Positions 1 to 6,760 of a stretch of 13,038 nt of DNA are shown here, piece after piece. The stretch covers positions 1 to 13,038 of the forward strand of contig NZ_JAYKGW010000242.1 in assembly GCF_035285525.1 (NCBI RefSeq). The letters are read 5' to 3'. The position numbers and the translations under genes were made by a program. A model generated the notes under the pieces. It saw only the letters and a program-made list of their open reading frames with translations, ran no database searches and was not told the DNA's origin. Within the stretch, counting starts at the first letter, position 1. Each line of letters opens with the position of its first letter. The DNA is from Okeania sp. (GTDB lineage Bacteria > Cyanobacteriota > Cyanobacteriia > Cyanobacteriales > Microcoleaceae).

Positions 1-177
1 AAGGTAGACAAGGGAGACAAGGTAGACAAGGTAGACAAGGTAGACAAGGTAGACAAGGTAGACAAGGGAGACAAGGTAGACAAGGTAGACAAGGTAGACA
101 AGGTAGACAAGGTAGACAAGGGAGACAAGGTAGACAAGGGAGACAAGGTAGACAAGGTAGACAAGGTAGACAAGGTA
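1..177. repeat. Tandem nonamer array AAGGTAGAC / AAGGGAGAC, 19 full units plus a partial one, truncated by the window start
   Basis: Read directly. Units start at 1, 10, 19 and so on. The GGG variant is at units 2, 8, 14 and 16, so 10-63 and 64-117 are identical 54-bp super-units. Frame +1 is open through the array ((KVD/KGD)n) to a TAA at 232-234. Confidence 0.95.
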
Positions 178-341
178 AGTCGGAGAAATAATTTTTCCTT
201 GATTTTTCTACTTTTAGTCTTCTTAAAATCCTAAATTTTTGGTAGTTTTAGCTAGAAAAGTTATACTTTTACGGTATTGAAAAAGGCTAATTTTTTTATC
301 TGTCAATACTTTCATACTTTTTCAGCCAACCCTATATTATC

Positions 342-361
342 AATTATTAATTATTAATTAT
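342..361. repeat. STRR-like heptamer tract (AATTATT), about 3 copies, abutting the cpeR-like stop codon
   Basis: Read directly: aattattaattattaattat. Same unit and orientation as 1934-1961. Confidence 0.9.
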
Positions 362-666
362 CAACCTCGTTCATCAAACCTGCTATAAAAACCACCATAC
401 TTAACCCAATATTGTTTTAAATCGTGGTGAGGAGTGTGAAGACTTGCTTTAGCTTGATAAAGAACTACTTTTCTATGATTACCAATCCAAATTTTCTTAA
501 TAGGTTTAACACATATCAAACTCCCACCCAATGCTTGAACACATTCTGTAAATCTATCAATAGTAGAATACTCCACAGTTTCAAATAAGAAAAAACTTCC
601 TGAGCAGATTATATGGCGACTTCTAATCCAACCTTGCAATTTCTTTTCTGCTATTGGTGGTAACAT
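361..666 (-). CDS. cpeR: Small protein (101 aa), probable CpeR-type activator of phycoerythrin gene expression
   Basis: It is the last gene of a cpeC-cpeD-cpeS-cpeT cluster, 50 bp after cpeT. This matches the position and approximate size of cpeR in the F. diplosiphon cpeCDESTR operon. AAGGAGA Shine-Dalgarno at 678-684, 11 nt before the ATG. The family call rests mainly on synteny and size, not on a verified motif. Confidence 0.6.
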   Translation of the reverse strand: MLPPIAEKKLQGWIRSRHIICSGSFFLFETVEYSTIDRFTECVQALGGSLICVKPIKKIWIGNHRKVVLYQAKASLHTPHHDLKQYWVKYGGFYSRFDERG

Positions 667-677
667 TTTCTTTTAGT

Positions 678-684
678 TCTCCTT
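678..684 (-). promoter_or_regulatory. Shine-Dalgarno AAGGAGA for the cpeR-like gene
   Basis: Reverse complement of tctcctt, 11 nt upstream of the ATG at 664-666. Confidence 0.6.
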
Positions 685-716
685 GCAGACTATTTCTTAA
701 TTTATGTTCGCTACCT

Positions 717-1337
717 TCAATTTTTTATTAATAACTCATCAGCAAAACTTGTTTGTTTTTCAAACTTCAAAGGCCCAGCTTCTGAACCCCACACTTGTTT
801 ATGTGTATTAACATCCATTCCTCTATCTAAACTCACCCATGTATTTTCCGTTAACTCTACTTCACTAACTAGATAAGTCTCACATCCTCTCTTATTAATT
901 AAACATTTATTTCCCGGTTCAACACTCCCTAAAAATTTTTCTCCGTCTCGTTGAAAAACCATTGAACAATTGTAACGACGTTCTATATTGTCAGGAGTAA
1001 TAGTATGTAAAATATCAAGTTCTCTGGCTGCACCAGCATATAAAATAGGGTCTTTCAGACCATAGTTTTCTATATAAATATGGTCTCCTTTGTCTATAAG
1101 TTGATGTACTCCTTGACGATATGGACTCCAAAGATCATAATCATAAACTTGCTCTGAATAAAAACCTATACCTGAAAAAAATTGATATGGTAAAGGTCGA
1201 AAAAAAACATGAATATGAGCGTAAAGAGTTGGGTTAGCTAAGGCCTGTTTTTTATTACTAAAGTCTCCTGCTATCCAACTAGCTAAAATAATTAAGTTAT
1301 CAAAATTTGTCTTATCGTTTATCTGAGAAATATTCAT
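717..1337 (-). CDS. cpeT: Phycobiliprotein bilin lyase, CpcT/CpeT family
   Basis: Family-typical motifs: LASWIAGDFSNKKQA, YAHIHVFFRPLP, FYSEQVYDYDLWSPYRQ, IENY, GSVEPGNKCLI, SLDRGMD..T..QVWGS..GP. I place the start at the ATG at 1335-1337 (MNISQIND...). The track's 1379 start is a TTG that adds 14 residues overlapping a heptamer repeat. Confidence 0.9.
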   Translation of the reverse strand: MNISQINDKTNFDNLIILASWIAGDFSNKKQALANPTLYAHIHVFFRPLPYQFFSGIGFYSEQVYDYDLWSPYRQGVHQLIDKGDHIYIENYGLKDPILYAGAARELDILHTITPDNIERRYNCSMVFQRDGEKFLGSVEPGNKCLINKRGCETYLVSEVELTENTWVSLDRGMDVNTHKQVWGSEAGPLKFEKQTSFADELLIKN

Positions 1338-1351
1338 ATAATTATAATTAA

Positions 1352-1372
1352 GGGAGTAGGGAGTCAGGAGTA
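1352..1372. repeat. STRR-like heptamers GGGAGTA GGGAGTC AGGAGTA
   Basis: Read directly. Related copies at 6753-6759 and, in reverse complement, at 7788-7801. Confidence 0.8.
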
Positions 1373-1423
1373 ATATCAAACCCGGTAGTATCGGTATAAT
1401 TCCCTCTCCGTAGGGGTTTGGTC

Positions 1424-1514
1424 TCCAATTTTTCGGGAACCGTACCCTCTACCAACTAGAGTTTTCGCTCTTTTCTGATTGTCAACCTTATTTTCCAATT
1501 TATCGGGAACCGTA
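1424..1514. repeat. Two direct copies of TCCAATTT(T/A)TCGGGAACCGTA (1424-1444 and 1494-1514)
   Basis: 20 of 21 nt identical. A 16-nt core, ATTTATCGGGAACCGT, recurs in inverted orientation at 11421-11436. Confidence 0.85.
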
Positions 1515-1581
1515 GCCAGCGGATTTGAGATACAGCACTTTTCAAATGAATGAACCACATCGTCATAACCAAAATTTTGTA

Positions 1582-1602
1582 GGGACGTTGCATACAACGT
1601 CC
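1582..1602. repeat. Palindromic dispersed repeat GGGACGTTG-CATA-CAACGTCC
   Basis: 8-bp arms GGACGTTG / CAACGTCC. Same family as the perfect 28-bp palindrome at 6761-6788. Confidence 0.85.
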
Positions 1603-1933
1603 TGACTGTGGTTTACTGAAATTAAAACCGCTGTAAGAAGTCAACCCATCTCTAACCCCTCTCAGGAGGGGAAGTCAGGAGGAATGGGAGTTGTAGAGAA
1701 AGTAGTCGTTCATAATAGTTGCCTTAATTTTTCTCCCTATCTAAAATTATTTTAGAAGCAAATATAATCAAGTAGAGTGAAGCAATTTAATCAAATTTTA
1801 GCTAAATAAAAATTTTGTTATTTATATAGTTTGATTTATTGACCGAAATATCAAAGTATAAAGCCTTTATATTCATGGATAAAAAAGAAAAAAAAATTTC
1901 TTTTAGTCAATCCTCTCCTATATCACAAGAGGT

Positions 1934-1961
1934 AATTATTAATTATTAATTATTAATTATT
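1934..1961. repeat. STRR-like heptamer tract (AATTATT) x4, perfect, overlapping the cpeS stop codon and last codons
   Basis: Read directly. The cpeS C-terminal residues IINN and its TAA stop are encoded inside the tract. Confidence 0.95.
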
Positions 1962-2506
1962 GAAGCTGATTTTTCCTCAGTTGATAAAGAACGAATTTCT
2001 GATGAAAAAGAGGCAGTTAATACACCATTACTGTCACTGGTTTTAATGAACGATGCTCTAAACCTAACATTAGGAGTGCCAAACCAAATTCTTTCTTCAG
2101 CAGCAGCATGATCGTATTCTGTATTTAGAATAAAAGTGCCATCTTCAGTAATGTAATATTCTCCCGCAGCAGGAATAGTTTCTGCATACCCTTGGGAACG
2201 TAATAATTTTCCTTTTTTAAGATTATCTTTATCGGGTATTGGTACTAAAATACAACTACCTTCTAAAGTTTCACTTTCATCCCAATCTGATTCTCCTTTC
2301 CAACTCATTTGAAAAGGAGAAATAGCTTGAGAAATATCTACTCCATTAGACTTACAAAGTTCTATTACTTCTGTAGCATTTGTCGGTAAAGAAACAATAT
2401 CTATTGTGGAACGAACTTCTTCAAAATGACTCATTGCTAGACTGTGGCCACTGCGTTGCGATCGCCAACGTCCTATAGAACATTCGACAAATTCTATAAC
2501 ATCCAT
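1946..2506 (-). CDS. cpeS: Phycobiliprotein bilin lyase, CpcS/CpeS family
   Basis: Motifs typical of the family: F...S.GRWRSQRSGHSLA, LLRSQGYAE, TEYD....ERIWFGTPNVRFRAS. Located between the PE linker genes and cpeT. Confidence 0.9.
   Translation of the reverse strand: MDVIEFVECSIGRWRSQRSGHSLAMSHFEEVRSTIDIVSLPTNATEVIELCKSNGVDISQAISPFQMSWKGESDWDESETLEGSCILVPIPDKDNLKKGKLLRSQGYAETIPAAGEYYITEDGTFILNTEYDHAAAEERIWFGTPNVRFRASFIKTSDSNGVLTASFSSEIRSLSTEEKSASIINN
2458..2465. repeat. HIP1 octamer GCGATCGC (inside cpeS)
   Basis: Exact match read directly. Confidence 0.95.
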
Positions 2507-2507
2507 G

Positions 2508-2534
2508 ATAATTAATAATTAATAATTAATAATT
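2508..2534. repeat. Heptamer tract (AATAATT), about 3.9 copies; exact reverse complement of the 1934-1961 tract, abutting the cpeS ATG
   Basis: Read directly: ataatt aataatt aataatt aataatt. Only one base (2507) separates the tract from the start codon at 2504-2506. Confidence 0.95.
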
Positions 2535-2565
2535 GAGAGTTTTTATTATTCATTATTCATTAATT

Positions 2566-2622
2566 AACCCGGTTTCTTGGGGATAAAGTTATTCCCATCA
2601 TCTTTTCAGACAAACCGGGTTT
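2566..2622. repeat. Inverted repeat AACCCGGTTT ... AAACCGGGTT (10-bp arms, 37-nt spacer), followed by T5 on the plus strand
   Basis: The arms are exact reverse complements. The core resembles the GAAACCGGGTTTC repeat family at 6821-6870 and 9121-9139. Confidence 0.8.
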
Positions 2623-2760
2623 TTTAACAAAAAATTACCGAAATAATTAATAATTAAACAATTGAATAATTAAATAATTTAGCTTTAAAGCCTCCCCTTG
2701 GATAGGGAAAAAAATAAATCTTTTCCTTTTAGCCAATCCTCCCTCTTTTAGTGAGAGGTA

Positions 2761-2781
2761 ATTATCCATTATCCATTATCA
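2761..2781. repeat. STRR-like heptamer tract (ATTATCC), about 3 copies, 3' of the cpeD-like gene
   Basis: Read directly: attatcc attatcc attatca. Confidence 0.9.
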
Positions 2782-2808
2782 ATTAATGAAAGGTTCCCTA
2801 GTTTTTAT

Positions 2809-3570
2809 TTAAGCAACTTCAGTAATTTTGAGGATTTTACCACCTGTTCTTTGAATGCTATTGATTTTTGAAGTTAGCTGTTCATAAGACACTGTATAAG
2901 TTGTGGCACTACGCTTCACAACAGGACCAATACCAGTTTTAGTAACTGAGATTTGGAAACGTTTAATTCTGTTATTATAAGGCGCACTAACAGATGCAGG
3001 TTCTGTAATTTTTGTACCTAGATTAGCAGCTAAATCTAAAGTTAATCGAGAAGACTTGTTTCTGTCACTTGTAGCATATCCTCGCTCTAGAGCAAATGTG
3101 CGATTAAAGGTGACATTTTTCATCCCAACTACAGTTTTAGTACCTTGTGAATATGGTACAATATTATCCCCAAAGTTTTGAATATACTCTTCACTATTTG
3201 TGTAAGAATCAATTTCTGCTTCGTATCCTTGTTCAGCACATATACGAATGTGTTCAGAAACTTCTGCTTGGTCTTGAGGAGCGCGACCTAATATATGCTT
3301 AAAGTTTAGTTCTACGAATCCATAAGGAGAAGAGGATTCAAAAAACAAAGAATAATATAGTCCAGATTTAGCAACCATATTCACAAATTGACGTACAGAA
3401 ATTTCTCCGTTTTTGAGCAATGATTCGGCACTAACTAGACGCTGGCTTTCCATTAAATGGATATTACCTAAAACTTGTTTATAAACAGCTCTAATTACAG
3501 CTTGTTTTTCATCTTCTGCAGCATTAGAACGTAGTTCTATTGGATCTGTATTATCTACCCAAAGTGACAT
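2809..3570 (-). CDS. cpeD: Phycobilisome rod linker polypeptide, phycoerythrin-associated (CpeD/CpeE-like), 253 aa
   Basis: PBS-linker domain motifs VIRAVYKQVLGN, RLVSAESLLKNGEISVRQFV, ELNFKHILGRAP and FGDNIVPY. CpcD-like C-terminus YTVSYEQLTSKINSIQRTGGKILKITEV. AAGGAG SD at 3577-3582. I cannot separate cpeD from cpeE by eye. Confidence 0.85.
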   Translation of the reverse strand: MSLWVDNTDPIELRSNAAEDEKQAVIRAVYKQVLGNIHLMESQRLVSAESLLKNGEISVRQFVNMVAKSGLYYSLFFESSSPYGFVELNFKHILGRAPQDQAEVSEHIRICAEQGYEAEIDSYTNSEEYIQNFGDNIVPYSQGTKTVVGMKNVTFNRTFALERGYATSDRNKSSRLTLDLAANLGTKITEPASVSAPYNNRIKRFQISVTKTGIGPVVKRSATTYTVSYEQLTSKINSIQRTGGKILKITEVA

Positions 3571-3576
3571 TTTTAA

Positions 3577-3582
3577 CTCCTT
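3577..3582 (-). promoter_or_regulatory. Shine-Dalgarno AAGGAG for the cpeD-like gene
   Basis: Reverse complement of ctcctt, 6 nt upstream of the ATG at 3568-3570. Confidence 0.7.
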
Positions 3583-3814
3583 GTGATTAAAAGATTTTGA
3601 TTTTTTTCTATTCTCTGTTTGCAGTGTTTATAGCTGATAGCTAACAGAATAACTACTAACCATAAACTACCTGCAAATTTATTAAAAAATTTTACCCTTT
3701 TTTGCTTCTGTATATTATTATTGCTAAATCATCACAACTTTATTTTTAGTTCTTATCAACTTAGCAACTAAATAATATAGGAAAAATGAGTAAATAATTT
3801 TCTAATTTTAACTC

Positions 3815-4684
3815 CTAGCTGATAGGAGTAATACTGGCTATTATACCACCTTGTTTATGAATTCTTTGGTACTCTTTAGAAAGTTGATCGAAAGGTACTA
3901 AAAATACTTGATTACTACGGCGGAATTTGGAAACACGATTCACTACTTTTGAGCGATAACCTGTTACTTCAACGCGGTAAACTTTACCACCAGAATCAGC
4001 TCCTACTCCCTGTCTACTTCTAGCAGCTAAAGGTGTATCTTGGAATGACCAACCATCAGCACCACCAGAAGGAGCAACTACTGCTAAAGGTGTTTCTTGA
4101 ATCACATATTTATTCAAAGCAGGGCTTTTTCCGGCCAAACTTCCTTTGAAGTCGCTGCTGGAAGCTCCACGCAATAGTTGAAAAATATGAGTAAAACCAA
4201 CCATTTTTTTGCCAGTTTGGGTTTTGTATCCTCGATAATAAGGAACAATATTTTCCCCATAAGCACTGCTATATTCGTCACTATCAATGTAGGAATCAAT
4301 ATCTGCTTCAAAGCTTCCTTCATCTAGAATTTTGCTGTGAAGTTTCATATCATCGTAGCCATCGGGAGCCCGACCTAAGAAGTGCTTAAAATTTAACTCA
4401 ACTGCACGATAACGGGGGCAAGTGTCAAAGAACCGAGAACGATACAGGTCAGAGCGTCCAACTTGACGTACAAACTCACGGACAGTAATTTCGCCTTCTT
4501 TTAGTTTAGACTCTGCTACACTGAGTCTTTCACTATCCATGACGTAAGCATTGCCGAGAACTTGCCTATAGACAGCTCGAATCACGGTTTCTACTTCTTC
4601 TGATGACCGTCCGGGCAACAATTCTACAGGTTCTGTATCTTCAAAAAGGCCAACTCCTAACTGAGATGCAGGTCCAAAAACCAT
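3815..4684 (-). CDS. cpeC: Phycoerythrin-associated rod linker polypeptide CpeC, 289 aa
   Basis: N-terminus MVFGPASQLGV and motifs VIRAVYRQVLGNAYVM, ELNFKHFLGRAP, YGENIVPYYRGY, FTHIFQLLRGASSS. C-terminal CpcD-like domain KVYRVEVTG...RRSNQVFLVPFDQLSKEYQRIHKQGGIIASITP. AGGAGA SD at 4693-4698. First gene of the cluster. Confidence 0.9.
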   Translation of the reverse strand: MVFGPASQLGVGLFEDTEPVELLPGRSSEEVETVIRAVYRQVLGNAYVMDSERLSVAESKLKEGEITVREFVRQVGRSDLYRSRFFDTCPRYRAVELNFKHFLGRAPDGYDDMKLHSKILDEGSFEADIDSYIDSDEYSSAYGENIVPYYRGYKTQTGKKMVGFTHIFQLLRGASSSDFKGSLAGKSPALNKYVIQETPLAVVAPSGGADGWSFQDTPLAARSRQGVGADSGGKVYRVEVTGYRSKVVNRVSKFRRSNQVFLVPFDQLSKEYQRIHKQGGIIASITPIS

Positions 4685-4692
4685 TTGAACTA

Positions 4693-4698
4693 TCTCCT
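4693..4698 (-). promoter_or_regulatory. Shine-Dalgarno AGGAGA for cpeC
   Basis: Reverse complement of tctcct, 8 nt upstream of the ATG at 4682-4684. Confidence 0.7.
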
Positions 4699-5050
4699 AG
4701 GTAAAATAAGGTTTACTGAAAAAATGTATTTTTTAGTTACAAAACTGAAAAACCTGGACTCATTGTTAAAATCTTTTCCTAAAGCAGGATTTGGATTATA
4801 TATACTTAATGAGTCTATCTTTTCAAGTTTTCTACTTTTTTGGAATATACACTGCTACCAGGCTCTTAAGCATGAAGAATTATAAATTTTTGTAAATTTG
4901 TATAAACACATACTAGAGATTTTCTCATCAAACCCTTGTAAGCTAGTAGTTAAGTTAAAAATTTATCTGGTAGTTAAACATTTAGCAATCTTAAATTGAT
5001 TGCTATGTTATAGAACGAACCCATTTGGTATTTATTTTTTATAGATTGTG

Positions 5051-5068
5051 AGTGTGGGAAGTGTGGGA
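5051..5068. repeat. Tandem 9-mer AGTGTGGGA x2
   Basis: Read directly. Confidence 0.85.
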
Positions 5069-5139
5069 AGACAGAGAAAGTAAAAGGAATGGGTGCATCT
5101 CATATTCAGTATTTTCAACCTCTGGCTTCAACCAGAGAT

Positions 5140-5168
5140 ACTGATAACTGATAACTGATAACTGAAAT
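5140..5168. repeat. STRR-like tract ACTGATAACTGATAACTGATAACTGAAAT (CTGATAA heptamers)
   Basis: Identical 29-nt string, same orientation, at 7758-7786. Confidence 0.95.
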
Positions 5169-5175
5169 AACCTTT

Positions 5176-6753
5176 GTGATAGATTTAGAATGTTTAGCTT
5201 ATAGTGTAGGTCATGCAGATGATGGAATATGTCTGCTAGTTCGCCTGGGAATATACCAGGTTTTATTAGATTGTGGCATTACCAATATTTCCCTATTAAT
5301 TAATAAAATTAAACAACAATTACCTATAGATATAGTGTTATGTAGTCATGCACATTCAGATCATGCTCAAGGACTATTAGCGCTCCATAAAACTTTTCCA
5401 AATTTGCCAATATATGCTAGTGAAACAACAACTAAACTTCTACCTCTAAATTGGCCAGAACTTGCCATTTCTGAAGTCCCTGACTTTTGTCAACCTTTAC
5501 CTTGGCACTCACCAGTAGAACTTCTTAGCGGTCTAACAGTAGAACTTTTTCCGGCTGGACACCTACCAGGAGCAACAGCTTTTCTCCTCACCTATACTGG
5601 AAAAAATCGAACCTATAAACTTTTATATACAGGAGATTTCTTTTTATCCAACAGTCGTTTAGTTGAAGGTCTACCTTTGGGAGATTTACGAGGACTCAAA
5701 CCAGATGTACTAATAGTTGAAGGTAGTTATGGCACAGCTCGTTATCCACATCGGCGACAATTAGAAAATAATTTGGCAGAACGAGTATATCAAGCTATTA
5801 TTTCTGGAACTTCGGTTATCTTGCCTACCCCCCCTTTAGGATTAGGACAGGAACTGTTGATGCTTCTACGGAGCCATCACTATTTTACAGGTCGTGACCT
5901 AGATATTTGGGTAGAGTCCAAGGTGGCTAGAGGTTGTGACCTTTATTTAGAACTATTGTCCCAATTTCCTACAACTGTACAAAATTTTGCTCAACATCAA
6001 CCTCTATTTTGGGATGAAAAAGTTAAACCCCGTGTATTGAGGCGATCGCCAGGAAAATTACCTTCTACAGAAAAGCCTTATATTCTCATTGCAGATCGGG
6101 ATACTGATTTGAGTCAATATATTATGAATCAAGATCATCATTTTATTGTCTTACTACCAGAAGTACCAGGAAAGACATCACAAGAGTTGCACTTTGCTTA
6201 TACCGAAACATATCTTCTCACTGCTCATTGTGATGGATTGGGAACAACACAATTAATTCATAATTTACGTCCCCAACATATAATTTTTGTTCATGGTTGT
6301 CCTGATTATTTAGCTGACCTTACTAATCTGGAAGAGTTACACAATCGTTATAAAATACATTCTCCTGCTAATGGTACATTGGTGGAGTTACCAATAGGTG
6401 AGAAATTTATAGTACCTACTTTACCGGAAACTAATTATGAAGGGGAATTAAATGAGTTGGATGCAGGGGTAATAGTTTCTTTGCCTCAAAGTATTACAAG
6501 TGATAATCGTTGGTCAACTTTTGCTGATACAGGTATTGTAGAGGTTCGTTGGCAGGGAGAAGAGTTGGTTTTGAGGGGAATATCTCAAAGGGAACTTCTT
6601 AGTCATACAGGCGATCGCTTTATTTCTCCTGAGTTAGATTGTTGTGGTAATTGTTTGTATTATAGAGGACAACGTTGTGTTAATCCTGTTTCAGCTCTAT
6701 ATGGCTTTAAGGTGACAATTGATGGATATTGTCCCATGTTTGAATCATTTTAG
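5176..6753 (+). CDS. MBL-fold metallo-hydrolase of the beta-CASP type with a Cys-rich C-terminal extension, 525 aa
   Basis: HxHxDH motif (HAHSDH), AGHLPGA, TGDF, and beta-CASP-like motifs LIVEGSYG, LTAHCDG, FVHG. C-terminal CC-x2-C-x7-C-x17-C. The start is GTG with no obvious SD, so the start coordinate is less certain than the family call. Confidence 0.8.
   Translation: MIDLECLAYSVGHADDGICLLVRLGIYQVLLDCGITNISLLINKIKQQLPIDIVLCSHAHSDHAQGLLALHKTFPNLPIYASETTTKLLPLNWPELAISEVPDFCQPLPWHSPVELLSGLTVELFPAGHLPGATAFLLTYTGKNRTYKLLYTGDFFLSNSRLVEGLPLGDLRGLKPDVLIVEGSYGTARYPHRRQLENNLAERVYQAIISGTSVILPTPPLGLGQELLMLLRSHHYFTGRDLDIWVESKVARGCDLYLELLSQFPTTVQNFAQHQPLFWDEKVKPRVLRRSPGKLPSTEKPYILIADRDTDLSQYIMNQDHHFIVLLPEVPGKTSQELHFAYTETYLLTAHCDGLGTTQLIHNLRPQHIIFVHGCPDYLADLTNLEELHNRYKIHSPANGTLVELPIGEKFIVPTLPETNYEGELNELDAGVIVSLPQSITSDNRWSTFADTGIVEVRWQGEELVLRGISQRELLSHTGDRFISPELDCCGNCLYYRGQRCVNPVSALYGFKVTIDGYCPMFESF
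6042..6049. repeat. HIP1 octamer GCGATCGC (inside the MBL gene)
   Basis: Exact match read directly. Confidence 0.95.
6611..6618. repeat. HIP1 octamer GCGATCGC (inside the MBL gene)
   Basis: Exact match read directly. Confidence 0.95.
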
Positions 6754-6760
6754 GGAGTAG

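Noticed and set aside
1-177. The tandem repeat array as a possible CRISPR
   Set aside because: The units are 9 bp and directly abutting with no spacers, and no cas genes are present. It is a minisatellite/STRR-like array, not a CRISPR.
1338-1379. TTG-initiated 14-residue N-terminal extension of cpeT (track start 1379)
   Set aside because: The extension (MILLLTPYSLNYNY) is encoded by heptamer repeat sequence. CpcT/CpeT homologues, as I recall them, start shortly before the conserved LA.W.AG.FSN motif, which the ATG at 1337 satisfies.
1376-1644. Track ORFs 1376-1597 (73 aa) and 1456-1644 (62 aa) on the minus strand
   Set aside because: The two ORFs overlap each other and are assembled from dispersed repeat copies. 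They have no recognisable family features and no SD. Their presence inside a repeat mosaic is best explained as chance open frames.
4114-4323. 69-aa minus-strand ORF nested in cpeC
   Set aside because: It lies in an alternative frame entirely inside a confidently identified linker gene, and its composition is low-complexity K/L/I-rich.
2809-4684. Reading the two linkers as phycocyanin or phycoerythrocyanin linkers (cpcC / pecC)
   Set aside because: The N-terminus and internal motifs of the 289-aa protein match my memory of CpeC. The downstream cpeS-cpeT-cpeR-like arrangement is the PE operon layout rather than pecBACEF or cpcBACDE. This still needs a phylogenetic check.
4763-4768. TTGTTA hexamer in the cpeC leader as a possible RcaC L-box half-site
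   Set aside because: There is only a single hexamer, on the strand opposite to cpeC, with no second direct repeat nearby. My recollection of the exact L-box consensus is also not firm enough to call it.
4685-4885. 66-aa plus-strand ORF starting at the base after the cpeC ATG
   Set aside because: It lies in the AT-rich cpeC leader/promoter region with F/L/K/N-rich composition. It has no SD and no family resemblance, and is most likely noncoding.
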